NCBI GenBank assembly: GCA_963766735.1
Contig: CAVYBU010000003.1
Span: 325,587-389,586, forward strand
DNA length: 64,000 bases
Source of the DNA: an uncultured Chloroflexia bacterium
GTDB lineage: Bacteria; Chloroflexota; Limnocylindria; Limnocylindrales; CSP1-4
Direction of reading: 5' to 3'
The stretch's first letter is position 1, and every line of letters starts with the position of its first letter. Of this stretch, positions 40,259-51,096 are shown in pieces. The notes below the pieces were generated by a model, which saw nothing but the letters and a program-made list of their open reading frames with translations, was not told the DNA's origin and made no database searches. The translations under genes were made by a program, and so were the position numbers.

Positions 40259-40518
40259 CGGGGCCTCGGTGGGATCGCGGTCTTGGGGAGCCGGGTGCGG
40301 AAGGTGCACGCCTACAGGGTGCGGCACCCGCGTCACGTTGTGACGGGCCGATCGGCGTGCCGGATCGGCTGGGGGGTCGCCTTGCCGGGGGCCACTGGCA
40401 CGACCATGGTGGGCCACATGGGGCGATCGCGCACGGACGCCTCCAGTCGGCGGAGGCCCTAGACTCTCCCCTGCGCCCGTCCGCGCATCGCGCCCCACCG
40501 CATGAAGGTCACCACCAC

Positions 40519-40983
40519 ATGAGCAGCGCCGTCGCCCGGCTCCGCCGGATCCACCCGGGCGTCATCCTCGCCGTCCTCGATGTCATCGGCCTCCTTATCG
40601 CGCTCTACCTCTCGACGGTGGAGCTGGGTGGAGGCGTGCCGTACTGCGGTCCGCTGCACGGCTGCGAGACGGTGGCCGCCAGCGAGTACTCGAAGATCCT
40701 GGGGATCCCCGTGGCCGTGTACGGCGTGGTCCTGTCGCTGGTCCTGCTGACGCTCGCCATCGCGTGGATCCGGACAGACAAGCCTGCCCTGCTGGACGTG
40801 CACTACGGGCTCTCGCTGATCGGCGTGATCTTCGAGGTGTACTTCCTGACGCTCCAGGTGTTCGTGATCCACGCGCTCTGCATCTGGTGCACCCTGTACG
40901 GGATCTCGCTGGTCGCGCGGTTCGTGGTGGTGATGGTGATCTGGGTCAGGCAGGGGCGGCTGGCGGTTCACCTGGGGAAGTGA
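40519..40983 (+). CDS. Vitamin K epoxide reductase family protein
   Basis: '[23 protein letters not shown]'; 'CIWC' CXXC. Confidence 0.9.
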   Translation: MSSAVARLRRIHPGVILAVLDVIGLLIALYLSTVELGGGVPYCGPLHGCETVAASEYSKILGIPVAVYGVVLSLVLLTLAIAWIRTDKPALLDVHYGLSLIGVIFEVYFLTLQVFVIHALCIWCTLYGISLVARFVVVMVIWVRQGRLAVHLGK

Positions 40984-41074
40984 AGCGAGGGGTCGCGGCG
41001 CCCGGCGCCTGAGCGCCACCGGCGACCCCGTCCGGCCTCGTCTCGTCGGCGGGGCCCCAGGCGCCGCGTGTCTC

Positions 41075-41914
41075 TCAGCCGCGCGGCGGACCGGCCAGGA
41101 TCCGGGCCCGGAGGGCATCCGGTGCCGTGTTCTCCCAGTCAGCCTCAAGCCACCACGTGGCGCCGGCATCGGCGTGCGCCCGGGCGATCCCGGCCGCCGC
41201 CACGGGGTCATCCGCCGGCGTGATTCCATCCACGACGACCTCGAACGGCCGGTCGCGAAGCGCGTCGGGTCGCTCCCGGCGGCACCACGCGGCGATCTCC
41301 GGCAGCACGGCCGCGTTGCCGGGCGCCGACTGGCCACCGGCGTCGGTCGTCTGGACCACGACCCCGTCCCAGCGGACCGCGCGCCGCATCGACCGCTCGT
41401 GCGGCCACGCGCCGACGACCCAGACGGGGATCCGCGGTCGCTGGATGGGGGTCGGCTGGAGGGTCATCGGACCGAAGCGATAGTGCTCGCCCTCGAACGC
41501 GAACGGCTCGCCGGAGCCCAGGCCCTCGACGATCGCCAGCGTCTCGTCCAGCAGTCGGGCGCGGCTCCTCGCCTCGGTGGCTTCGCCCACGTTGCCAAAG
41601 CCGTTGTCCTCCAGCGCACCGAGACCCACGGGGAGCACCAGGCGCCCGTTCGAGAGGATGTCGAGGGAGGCCGCCTCCTTGGCGAACAGCCACGGCCGGC
41701 GGCGCGTGGGCGCGAACACGAGCGCGCCGAGGCGGACCCGTTCGGTGCGCATGGCCATGGCAGCGAGGGTGACCCACGGGTCATACAGGTCCGAGCCGGG
41801 GATGGCGAGCGCGTCGTAGGTGAAGACGCCGTCCCAGCCCGCGTCCTCGGCCTCGCGGGCGAGTCCGGCGGCGGTGCGGGGGTCGCCGCTGGTGAGGATC
41901 GCGCCGTACTGCAT
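41075..41914 (-). CDS. LLM class flavin-dependent oxidoreductase
   Basis: 'AEDAGWDGVF', 'DPWVTLAAMAMRTERVRLG', 'SLDILSNGRL'. Confidence 0.9.
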   Translation of the reverse strand: MQYGAILTSGDPRTAAGLAREAEDAGWDGVFTYDALAIPGSDLYDPWVTLAAMAMRTERVRLGALVFAPTRRRPWLFAKEAASLDILSNGRLVLPVGLGALEDNGFGNVGEATEARSRARLLDETLAIVEGLGSGEPFAFEGEHYRFGPMTLQPTPIQRPRIPVWVVGAWPHERSMRRAVRWDGVVVQTTDAGGQSAPGNAAVLPEIAAWCRRERPDALRDRPFEVVVDGITPADDPVAAAGIARAHADAGATWWLEADWENTAPDALRARILAGPPRG

Positions 41915-42034
41915 GGCGCCATTGTCACCCACCCCGGAGCCCATCCCGCGCCGCGATCCGCGGATGTGCGGCACACTTGCGTCTCGGCTCGATCGCCCAT
42001 GGCGGTCGGCGCCCGCACTCATTCGGAGGCTCTC

Positions 42035-42493
42035 ATGCTCTCGCGCGCGGCCGTCTCGGCCCTCGCCCTCCTGCTCGCGCTGTCCGCCGTGGCCTGCGGG
42101 TCGAGCGCCAGGACGACGACCCAGCCCGCCGGAGGGTTTGTCTCGGTCAGCGGTGCGTGGGTCCGGGAGGCCGCGTCGGGCGGCGTGACGGCTGCCTACC
42201 TCACGATCACGAACGGCAGGCTCGATGACGAGACGCTGGTCGGGGTGTCCACGCCCGCCGCCCAGGCCGCGAGCCTCCACCAGACCACCACCACGGACGG
42301 CGTCACCGGCATGGAGCCCGTGGACGGCATCGCGATCCCCGCCGGCGGGACCGTGAGGCTGGAGCCGGGCAGCTACCACATCATGCTCGAGGGCCTGACC
42401 GCGGATCTGGCGGCCGGGCAGGTCGTGCAGCTCACCCTGACGTTCGAAGGAGCCGGCGCCATCGACGTGCCGGCCGAGGTCCGTGCAAACTGA
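42035..42493 (+). CDS. Copper chaperone PCu(A)C lipoprotein
   Basis: 'AWVR', 'AAYLTITN', 'LHQT....GM', 'LEPGSYHIML'. Confidence 0.9.
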   Translation: MLSRAAVSALALLLALSAVACGSSARTTTQPAGGFVSVSGAWVREAASGGVTAAYLTITNGRLDDETLVGVSTPAAQAASLHQTTTTDGVTGMEPVDGIAIPAGGTVRLEPGSYHIMLEGLTADLAAGQVVQLTLTFEGAGAIDVPAEVRAN

Positions 42494-42500
42494 GCCCCCT

Positions 42501-44138
42501 GTGACAACCCAGCCCGCCGACCGGAACCCCGCTCCTGCTCCCGCGCCGATCGATCGCCGCGCTGCCATCGCGGGCTTGGTCATGCTCGGCCTCATCGGAC
42601 TCCTCGTGGTCGGGCTGGTCACGCTCGTGCTGGGGGGCGACGCCGTCGCACCCGGAGGGAGTGCCCAGGCCACCCCGGACCCCGCGTCCGCCGCCTACGC
42701 CGAGGTACGCCCGGCGCCTGCGCTGGAGTTGACGGATCAGGAGGGCAATCCGTTCACGCTTGAATTGCTGCGTGGCGAGCCCGTGCTGGTCTTCTTCGGC
42801 TACACCCACTGCCCGGACGTGTGTCCGGCCACGGTGGGGATCGTCAACCAGGCGCTCAGCATGACCGGCGAGGGGCCGCGCGCCGTGTTCGTCTCCATCG
42901 ATCCGGAGCGGGACGACGTCGCTGCCATGAGCCAGTACCTGCGATACCTCCCCAAGGCCTACGTCGGGCTGTCCGGCACGCCCGAGGACATCAGGCGCAA
43001 CGCCGATGCCTGGGGTGTGAAGTACGCGCGGATCGAGACCGACTCCGCGAACGGCTACGCGATGGCCCATACGGCCGACATCTTCCTGGTCGATGGCGAG
43101 GGCATGCTCCGGGCACACTTCCCCTTCGGCACGCAGGCGGATCCGATCGCGGCCGCGCTCCAGGAGCTGATGGCGGAGACGGCGGCGGGTACGCCGGCAC
43201 CCGTCCCGGCGTCGTCGGACGCTGTGGCGGCCACCACCCCGGGCCCGGCGACCCCACCGCCGGCGGCAACCCCGGTCCCGGCCCCAGGCACCGCCACCGC
43301 CCTGCCCGTTGCCGGGACCCTCGACCCGCTCGTCGTGTCGTCCAGCATCTGGTCCGGCGGCGGCAGCCCGATCATCCTGACCGCGCGCGATGCATCGGGA
43401 ACCGCGCTGGATGGTGCCGTGCCGGTGAGCGTCCGGGTCGTGAGCACGGATGGCGGTACCGCCACGCCCCAGGTTCCAGCCACGGCCGTGCGGCCGGAGG
43501 GCTCGGACGAGACGTCGTTCGTCGCGATCGTGGACATCCCGAGCCCCGGATCCTGGCGTCTCGAGGTGCTGGCCGCGGACGGGCGGTCCGGATCCACGGT
43601 CATCTCCGCCATGGACCCGGGCAGCACCGCGCCCCTCGGCAAGCCGGCTCCATCCGTCGACACGCCCACCCTGGACGACGTCGGCGGCGTGGCGCGCGCC
43701 GTCACCACCCAGCCGAACCCCGACCTGCGGCTCTCGCAGACCTCCACTGCCGATGCGCGGGCCGCCGGCAGGCCGTACGTGCTGGTCGTCGATTCCGCGC
43801 GCTTCAAGGTAACCGAGGCCTGCGGAAGGGCGTTGACGATGATCCGCTACCTGCTGGACCGCTGGCACGACGTGACGTTCGTCCACCTGGAGCCGTTCGA
43901 GTACCAGGTGATCACGGAGGAGCCGGTCCTCAGCGGCACGCTCGAGGATCCGCCGCTGAACCGCCATGCGCGGGCGTTCGGGCTGGGTCCGGAGCCGTGG
44001 ACGGCAGTCTGGATGCCCTGGATCTTCGTCGTGGACGGGCAGGGGATCGTCCGCGCCAAGTACACCGACATCGTCGGCAGCGCGGACTTGGACGTGATCC
44101 TGAGCCTGATTCGGAACGAGAGCGCCACCGGCGGCTGA
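42501..44138 (+). CDS. SCO family protein with an extra C-terminal thioredoxin-like domain
   Basis: 'FFGYTHCPDVCP', 'SIDPERD', 'YAMAHTA'. Confidence 0.88.
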   Translation: MTTQPADRNPAPAPAPIDRRAAIAGLVMLGLIGLLVVGLVTLVLGGDAVAPGGSAQATPDPASAAYAEVRPAPALELTDQEGNPFTLELLRGEPVLVFFGYTHCPDVCPATVGIVNQALSMTGEGPRAVFVSIDPERDDVAAMSQYLRYLPKAYVGLSGTPEDIRRNADAWGVKYARIETDSANGYAMAHTADIFLVDGEGMLRAHFPFGTQADPIAAALQELMAETAAGTPAPVPASSDAVAATTPGPATPPPAATPVPAPGTATALPVAGTLDPLVVSSSIWSGGGSPIILTARDASGTALDGAVPVSVRVVSTDGGTATPQVPATAVRPEGSDETSFVAIVDIPSPGSWRLEVLAADGRSGSTVISAMDPGSTAPLGKPAPSVDTPTLDDVGGVARAVTTQPNPDLRLSQTSTADARAAGRPYVLVVDSARFKVTEACGRALTMIRYLLDRWHDVTFVHLEPFEYQVITEEPVLSGTLEDPPLNRHARAFGLGPEPWTAVWMPWIFVVDGQGIVRAKYTDIVGSADLDVILSLIRNESATGG

Positions 44139-44151
44139 CGCTGCAGCGCGC

Positions 44152-45495
44152 TCAGGCGCCCCGGTCGCCGATCACGCGCCCCCCGTCGTCGCGTTGCCTG
44201 CCGCCTCGACAGACGGCTCCCTCACCCCCACCGCGGGCCGTCAGGCCCAGGAGCGCCACCAGGGCCACCACCATCGCCCCCGCGGCCAGCGCGAATGCCG
44301 CGACCGGCGATACCAGCGTCCACACCAGACCCACGACCGCCGAGGCAACGAGGTCCCCGACGGCCTGGATCGCGGCCAGCAGCCCGAACGCCGAGCCGCG
44401 TACCGCGTCCGGTGCCGCCAGTGCAACGGTCGCGCGCTCGGCCGTCTCCACGCTTCCGATGCCGACGCCCGCCGCCACGAACGCCACTCCCAGGACCAGC
44501 ACGTTCGGGCCGGTCACCGCGAGCAGCGCGTACGCGACGGCGAACAGGGCCACCCCCCCGCCCAGCACCCGCGGCGCGCCGATCCGGTCCGCGAGGTGCC
44601 CGGCCGGGAGGGACGACAGCGTCGCCGCGGCCGTGTACGCGATGTACAGCCCGATCCCGGCCATCGCCGCCTTGTCCGTGCCCAGGCTCGGGATGAACAG
44701 CTCCGTTGCGCGCAGGATCAGGAGGCTCGTCGCCACGTTGCCCATCTCGAACGCCGTCATTGCGCCGAGCAGGCGCCCCAGCCGGCCCTTCATCAGCGGC
44801 CGGATGACGATCTTGAACGGACGATGCTCGCGGACCTCGTCGGTCCGCAGGTGGCGGATCGCGTACGCGATTGCCGCGGCCGCCATCAGCCCCGGGATCA
44901 CCGACAGGAGGATCGCACCCCGGATCCCGACCGCCGCCACCAGGACCAGTGCCACCACGGGTCCGATGACGGCCCCCAGGTTGTCCATCGCCCGCTCGAA
45001 ACCGTAGGCGCGGCCGAAGGCGGACGGATCGACGGCATCGGCGAGCAGGGCGTTCCGGGCGGGGCCACGGATCCCGCGCGCGGTCCAGGCGGCGGTCCGG
45101 AGCACGCCAACCTGCCAGGCCGTGGTGGCGAGGCCCGTCGCGGCTGACAGGAGCGCGGTCATCACGTACCCGCCCAGGGCCACGTTGCGACGCCGGGCCG
45201 GGTCGTCGGCGAGCGCGCCCCCGGCCACCTTGGCGACCCCAGACGCCGCGTCCGCCAGGCCCTCGATCAGGCCCAGCACCGCGGCGGGTGCCCCCAGCAC
45301 GGACGTCATGAACGAGGCCATGAGCGCGGTCGGGATCTCGTGCCCCAGGTCCGCGAACAGGCTGGCGAGGCCGATCCCCCTGACGCCCGGGGTGAGCCAC
45401 GCGTCCCGGCCCGCGCGCGCTCCGTCGGGGTCGGGGGAGGGCGCGGCGAGGAGGCTGGATGCGGGCGCCTCCTGGTCGCCAGGGTCGGGGCTCAT
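44152..45495 (-). CDS. MFS transporter
   Basis: Twelve hydrophobic segments; 'GRAYGFERAMDNLGAVIGP'. Confidence 0.9.
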   Translation of the reverse strand: MSPDPGDQEAPASSLLAAPSPDPDGARAGRDAWLTPGVRGIGLASLFADLGHEIPTALMASFMTSVLGAPAAVLGLIEGLADAASGVAKVAGGALADDPARRRNVALGGYVMTALLSAATGLATTAWQVGVLRTAAWTARGIRGPARNALLADAVDPSAFGRAYGFERAMDNLGAVIGPVVALVLVAAVGIRGAILLSVIPGLMAAAAIAYAIRHLRTDEVREHRPFKIVIRPLMKGRLGRLLGAMTAFEMGNVATSLLILRATELFIPSLGTDKAAMAGIGLYIAYTAAATLSSLPAGHLADRIGAPRVLGGGVALFAVAYALLAVTGPNVLVLGVAFVAAGVGIGSVETAERATVALAAPDAVRGSAFGLLAAIQAVGDLVASAVVGLVWTLVSPVAAFALAAGAMVVALVALLGLTARGGGEGAVCRGGRQRDDGGRVIGDRGA

Positions 45496-45654
45496 CGCGC
45501 AAGACTACGCTCGTCCTCCCTCGGCTTGCCCTGCGCGACCGGGACCCGCCGGTCGCACCGGCAGCGCTACGCTTCGGGCGCCGCTCGGGACCAATCCAGG
45601 CCGCCCCGGGCGTGCCGACCGGCCGCGGTCACCGTCACTCGTCGGAGGACACAC

Positions 45655-47665
45655 ATGCCCCGCGACCCCCGGTTCGACGTCCTCTTCGAACCCGTTCGCA
45701 TCGGACCCGTGACGGCGCCGAACCGCTTCTACCAGGTGCCGCATTGCACGGGCATGGGCGCCCGACGGCCCCGGACCCTGGCCGCGATGCGCGGCGTCAA
45801 GGCCGAGGGGGGCTGGGGCACCGTGTGCACCGAGTACTGCTCGATCCACCCGTCTTCGGACGACGAGCCGTTCGTGTCCGCCTCGCTCTGGGACGACCGG
45901 GACGTGCGGGCAATGGCCCTCACCGTGGACGCCATCCACGCACACGGCGCGCTCGCGGGCGTCGAGCTGTGGCACGGCGGCCCACGGAGCGCCAATCACT
46001 ACTCACGAGAGGCTCCACTCGGAGTCAACTCGCTGCCGGCAGGAGTCAACGACCCGGTCCAGACCCGGGCGATGGACAAGTCCGATATCAGGCAGCTCAA
46101 GCAGTGGCACCGCGACGCGGCGAAGCGCGCCCAGCGCGCCGGGTTCGACATCATCTATGTCTACGCGGCGCACTGGTACCTGGTCCACCAGTTCCTGCTG
46201 CCCTCCAACCAGCGAAGCGATGAGTACGGCGGTTCGCTCGAGAACCGGGCGCGCCTGCTGAAGGAGCTGATCGAGGAGACCAGGGAAGCCGTCGGCGACA
46301 CGTGTGCCGTGGCCGTGCGCTTCTCCGCCAGCTCCGGGGGTGACGCCGGCGATCTCGAGACGGCCGAGCCGAGGGCGGTGATCGAGCTGCTGGCCGATCT
46401 CCCCGACCTGTGGGACATCACCGTCCACGACTACTCGCTCGAGATGGGCACGTCACGGTTCGTCAAGGAGGCGGCTCTCGAGAAGACGATGTCGTGGGTC
46501 AAGCAGGTGACCGCGGAAGCCGGTGGTGAGCGTGGGACGGTTCACGTCCCCGGAGACGATGCTGCGCCTGGTTCGCAAGGGCGTCATCGACCTCGTGGGC
46601 GCGGCCCGCCCGTCGATCGCCGATCCATTCCTGCCCCAGAAGATCGCCGAAGGCCGCGAGGACGAGATCCGGGAATGCATCGGCTGCAACATCTGCTACA
46701 GCGGAGATCAGACGAGCACCCCGGTCCGATGCACGCAGAACCCCACGATGGGCGAGGAGTGGCGCAAGGGCTGGCACCCGGAACGGATCCCGGCCAGGGG
46801 CTCGGACGCCTCCGTGCTGATCGTGGGCGGCGGCCCCTCGGGGCTTGAGGCCGCGGTTTCGCTGGGCAAGCGCGGCTACCGGGTCACGCTGGCGGAGGCT
46901 CGGACCCAGCTCGGGGGCCGCGTCGCCCTCGAATCGACGCTACCCGGGCTCGCCGAGTGGGGTCGCGTCAGGGACTGGCGCCTCGGCCAGATCGCCAGGC
47001 TCCGCAACGTCGAGTTCGTCCTCGGCAGCGTGGTGGACGAGGAGCAGATCCTGGAGTTCGGGGCGGATCGCGTCGCCATCGCCACTGGTTCCCGGTGGCG
47101 CCGGGACGGGGTCGGGCGCCACCTGGATGACCCGGTGCCCGGCTGGGATCTCCCCTCTGTGCTCACGCCCGACGACATCATGGCCGGTGCCCGGCCCTCC
47201 GGACCGGTCGTGGTCTTCGACGACGACCACTACTACATGGGTGGCGTGGTTGCCGAGGCTCTCCGGCTGGCGGGGTGCACCGTCACGCTGGTGACCCCGG
47301 CCAACGAGATCTCCACCTGGACCTGGCGTACCGACGAGCAGCCCCGAATCCAGAAGCGGCTGCTCGAGCTCGACGTGACGCTCGTCACCGGGACGTCCCT
47401 CGCCCGTGTGACCGACGACTCGGTGCTCCTCGAATGCGTCTACACCGGGCGCGTACGCGAAGTCGCCGCCACCAGCGTGGTGATGACGACCTCTCGGATC
47501 CCGGAGGACGCGCTGTATCGATCGCTGATCGGACGCATCACGATCCAGCGGATCGGTGACTGCGACGCTCCCGGCACCATCGCCACCGCCGTCTACTCGG
47601 GCCATCGGTACGCGCGCGAGATGGACGCGGCAGCGTCGAGCAACCTCGGCTTTGAGCGTGAGTAG
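45655..47665 (+). CDS. Trimethylamine/histamine-dehydrogenase-like flavoprotein (frameshift near 46515)
   Basis: 'NRFYQVPHCTGMG' (FMN-linked Cys), 'YAAH', 4Fe-4S 'ECIGCNIC...CTQNPTMGEEWRKGWHPE', GGGPSG. Confidence 0.88.
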
Positions 47666-47707
47666 CAGCGGGCCGATGCGCGGAGTCGGATGCGCTACGG
47701 TGGCGGC

Positions 47708-48643
47708 ATGATTCCTCGCCGACCCGGCCGACCCCTCGGGGTTGGCGTCCAGCTGCCGGAGGTGGAGCGCGAGGTCCGCTGGCCGGAGCTCCGCGCCATC
47801 GCCCGGACGGCCGAGCAGGCCGGGTTCGACTCGATCTGGTTCGGCGACCACCTTCTCTACCGCTTCTCGTCTGGCGAGACCCGCGGGCCGTGGGAGGCCT
47901 GGACCACGCTGGCGGGCCTGGCCGAGGCCACCGAGCGCGTCGTGCTTGGACCGCTCGTCGCCGCGACCGCGTTCCACAGCCCGTTCATGCTGGCCAAGCA
48001 GGCAGCCACCGTGGACGAGATCTCCGGCGGGCGCCTGGTCCTGGGTCTCGGCGCCGGCTGGAACGACACCGAGTTCGCCGCGCTCGGAGCGCCGTTCGAC
48101 CACCGGGTCAGCCGGTTCGAGGAAGCGTTCACGATCGTCCGTACGCTCCTCGCAACGGGCTACATCGACTTCGAGGGGGCGTTCTTCACCGCCCGCGAGG
48201 CCGAGCTGCTGCCGCGCCCTGCCCGTCCCGGCGGACCGCCCCTCCTGATCGGCTCCAGCGGCCCGCGGATGCTCGCCGCCACGCTCCCGTACGCGGACGC
48301 GTGGAACGCCTGGTACGCGGACACGGACAACCGGCCCGGGGGCGTGGCACGCCTGCGCGCGATCGTGGACGAGGCTGCCGTGGCCGCCGGCCGGGACCCG
48401 GCAGACATCGAGCGAACGGTGGCCGTCCAGGTCCGGATGCCCGGCGGCACCGGCCGGATCATGGGCGACGAGGACCCGCGGATGGCGGTGACGCCTCTCG
48501 AGGGCTCACCGGAGGTCATCGCTGAGGCCCTGCGCGCCTACGCCCGGGAGGGCATCGGGCACGTGCAGCTGGTGGTCGACCCGATCACGGAGGCGTCCGT
48601 CGCCGCGCTGGCGCCCGTCCTGGAGCTCCTCGACCGCGGGTGA
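47708..48643 (+). CDS. LLM class oxidoreductase
   Basis: 'AEQAGFDSIWFGDHL', 'TVDEISGGRLVLGLGAGWN'. Confidence 0.9.
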   Translation: MIPRRPGRPLGVGVQLPEVEREVRWPELRAIARTAEQAGFDSIWFGDHLLYRFSSGETRGPWEAWTTLAGLAEATERVVLGPLVAATAFHSPFMLAKQAATVDEISGGRLVLGLGAGWNDTEFAALGAPFDHRVSRFEEAFTIVRTLLATGYIDFEGAFFTAREAELLPRPARPGGPPLLIGSSGPRMLAATLPYADAWNAWYADTDNRPGGVARLRAIVDEAAVAAGRDPADIERTVAVQVRMPGGTGRIMGDEDPRMAVTPLEGSPEVIAEALRAYAREGIGHVQLVVDPITEASVAALAPVLELLDRG

Positions 48644-48811
48644 TCGGCCCCCGATTCGTGCCTGGGACGGCAGTTCGTCCCGGGCTGCGGGACCTTGTGC
48701 CACTGGCTCCTGCAGGTGCTAGGATCGGCGCCCGATGAGGCTTCTCCCCCGCCCTGCCCACCCTGCCGGTCGTCCGGCGTGAGCGACCGATCGCGCGACC
48801 GATCCGATACT

Positions 48812-49255
48812 GTGTCCGAGCTGGACAAGCGGATCATCGAGCACCTGCAGCAGGACGGACGACGTCCCTTCACCCAGATCGCCACTGATCTCGGGGTATC
48901 CGAGGCCGCGGTCCGGGCCCGCACCAACCGCATGGTCGAGAAGGGGATCCTCCAGGTCGTCGGCGTCACGGATCCACTCAAGCTGGGATTCCAGCAGATG
49001 GCCATGATCGGCATCAGGGTGGAGGCCTCGCGGCTGATCGAGGTGGCCGAGGAGATCGCTGCGTTCCCGGAGACGGCCTACGTGGTCGTCACCGCCGGCA
49101 GCTACGACATCCTCGTGGAGTGCGTGGCGGAGGACAACGAGGCGCTCCTCCAGTTCCTCTCCGACCGCCTGCGCAAGATCAAGGGCGTGCGCGAGACGGA
49201 GACCTTCGTCTACCTGCGGCTGATCAAGCAGAGCTACCAGTGGGGCACTCGCTGA
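48812..49255 (+). CDS. Lrp/AsnC family regulator
   Basis: 'LDKRIIEHLQQDGRRPFTQIATDLGVSEAAVRAR', 'TAGSYD'. Confidence 0.92.
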   Translation: MSELDKRIIEHLQQDGRRPFTQIATDLGVSEAAVRARTNRMVEKGILQVVGVTDPLKLGFQQMAMIGIRVEASRLIEVAEEIAAFPETAYVVVTAGSYDILVECVAEDNEALLQFLSDRLRKIKGVRETETFVYLRLIKQSYQWGTR

Positions 49256-49420
49256 CGCCGGTGTAGGATCGGCCGCGTGAGCAGCGAGCGACCCCGTCCC
49301 GGCCCGTCCCCACGCGTGATCCAAGCCGCGGCCCGCATCCCCGACGTGAGCCAGGCGCCCGGCCCCTCACGGGCAGCGTCCCGGTCCGTCGCGTCCGCGT
49401 AGGAGTCCGTCATCGCGACC

Positions 49421-50929
49421 GTGGCCGCGCGCCGTCCCGCCACGCGCCCCGCGGGGGGGATCCCATCACGCATCGCAGACGGCGTCTGGGGCCTGCTGAC
49501 CTCGGTTGACTTCGCCGTCCTCCAGATCATCGTCCTCGCCCTGTTCGCGGTCGTTGGCATGGTCCTGCGCCAGCTGCCCGGTTTCGCGTTCCGCTCGCCC
49601 ACGGACTATGCGAACGAGATGGACAAGCTCCACGCGATCTACGACCCGGTGATGGGCACGGGCCTGGTGACCGCGCTGGAGCGGCTCCAGCTGTTCCAGG
49701 TGTTCAGCTCGGTGTGGTTCAGCGTGGGCCTCGTGGTGCTGATCCTCTCGATCATCGCCTGCACCATCGACCGCACGCCGAGGCTCTGGAGACAGAGCGC
49801 GGAGATCCGCGTTGTCCAGCCGGATGCCTACTATGACCCCAAGCTCCCGGACCGGGCGCTCCTCGCAGGGGTGTCCGCCCCCGACGTCGTGCGTGTCCTG
49901 CGACGTCGCCGCTTCGGCGTGCGGCAGGAGGTCGAGGGCGGGGTGACATACCTGTACGGCGACCGGAACCGCTGGACGAAGCTGGCGACCCTGTTCAGCC
50001 ACGCGGGCCTCGTGCTGTTCCTGGTCGCGGCCGCGGTGACATCGCGCCTCGGCGATGAGCAGGGCCTTGTCGTTGCCGAGGGCGAATCGATGACCGTCCA
50101 GCCGATCGGGACCCCGGGGCTGCTCCTCGTGCGCAACCTGGCTTTCGAGGCACCGGGGTTCGAGACGGGCATGCCCACGGACTTCACCACGCACCTCGCG
50201 GTCTTCCAGGACGGGCAGCAGATCGCGGAGAAGGTCATCCGCGTCAACGACCCGCTGGAGGCGGGTGGCTACTCGTTCCACCAGAACGGCTTCGGGCCGG
50301 CGCCGGACGTGGCCATCCGGGACGCCGAGGGGCGGACGCTCTGGAGCGGCCCCATCCCGATGTCGGACGAGGCGGCCGGGTTCCCGTTCACGGAGTTCGC
50401 GGTGCCGGGTCGGGACGTGGTGTTGCAGCTGCTGCTCCAGCGGGGCGCGGATGGGGCCGGAGTCCTGCTGGCGCTCCCGTTCCGGGCCGCCGGAACCAAC
50501 GCCGATGGCACGCCGGCGGTCATCGGCCTTGAGCCGCTCGCGCTGACCCGCGGCGAGTCGGGCACGTCGGCGGGAACGGACTTCTCCGTGGAATTGCGCG
50601 GGTTCTCGGAGTTCACGCTGCTGATCGCGAAGAAGGACCCGGGACAGGGGCTGGTGTGGATCGCCTTCGGGCTCCTGATCACCGGGCTGCTCATCACGTT
50701 CTGGATGCCGCGACGTCGCATCTGGGGGCGCCTGGACGCGGACGGGAGGCTGGCGCTGGCGGTGCGCGCCGACCGGTACGTGGACGTGAGCCGGGAGTTC
50801 GGCCGGGTGCTGGACGACCTGGTGGCCGTTCGGCGGACGGGCGGTCAGGCGGACGGGGCTCCGGTGGGGCAGGACGCTGTCGGGAGAGCCGGTGAGGGAG
50901 CTGCCGGGGGAGCTGCCGGCAGGGAGTGA
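49421..50929 (+). CDS. resB: Cytochrome c biogenesis protein ResB/Ccs1
   Basis: 'LLTSVDFA', 'FSSVWF', 'SIIACT', 'HAGL', 'IRVNDPL', 'KDPG'. Confidence 0.85.
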   Translation: MAARRPATRPAGGIPSRIADGVWGLLTSVDFAVLQIIVLALFAVVGMVLRQLPGFAFRSPTDYANEMDKLHAIYDPVMGTGLVTALERLQLFQVFSSVWFSVGLVVLILSIIACTIDRTPRLWRQSAEIRVVQPDAYYDPKLPDRALLAGVSAPDVVRVLRRRRFGVRQEVEGGVTYLYGDRNRWTKLATLFSHAGLVLFLVAAAVTSRLGDEQGLVVAEGESMTVQPIGTPGLLLVRNLAFEAPGFETGMPTDFTTHLAVFQDGQQIAEKVIRVNDPLEAGGYSFHQNGFGPAPDVAIRDAEGRTLWSGPIPMSDEAAGFPFTEFAVPGRDVVLQLLLQRGADGAGVLLALPFRAAGTNADGTPAVIGLEPLALTRGESGTSAGTDFSVELRGFSEFTLLIAKKDPGQGLVWIAFGLLITGLLITFWMPRRRIWGRLDADGRLALAVRADRYVDVSREFGRVLDDLVAVRRTGGQADGAPVGQDAVGRAGEGAAGGAAGRE

Positions 50930-51096
50930 CGTCCCGGGGATGGGCCGCCGTCTTGCGGGACGGGTTCGAGTCCGATACGGGAGGGTGCAGATTCGTCGCC
51001 GCACTCGACACTGCCCGGTCCATCGGATAGGTTCGGCGATACTTGGTCCCGAATCATCCCGCGGCCGGCCCAGGCCGCTACGTCGGCAGGAGTCAC

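Noticed and set aside
46490-46540. Programmed frameshift in the TMADH-like gene (also considered for the IS110 gene near 60250)
   Set aside because: No slippery sequence is visible; a sequencing indel is more likely given the other indels
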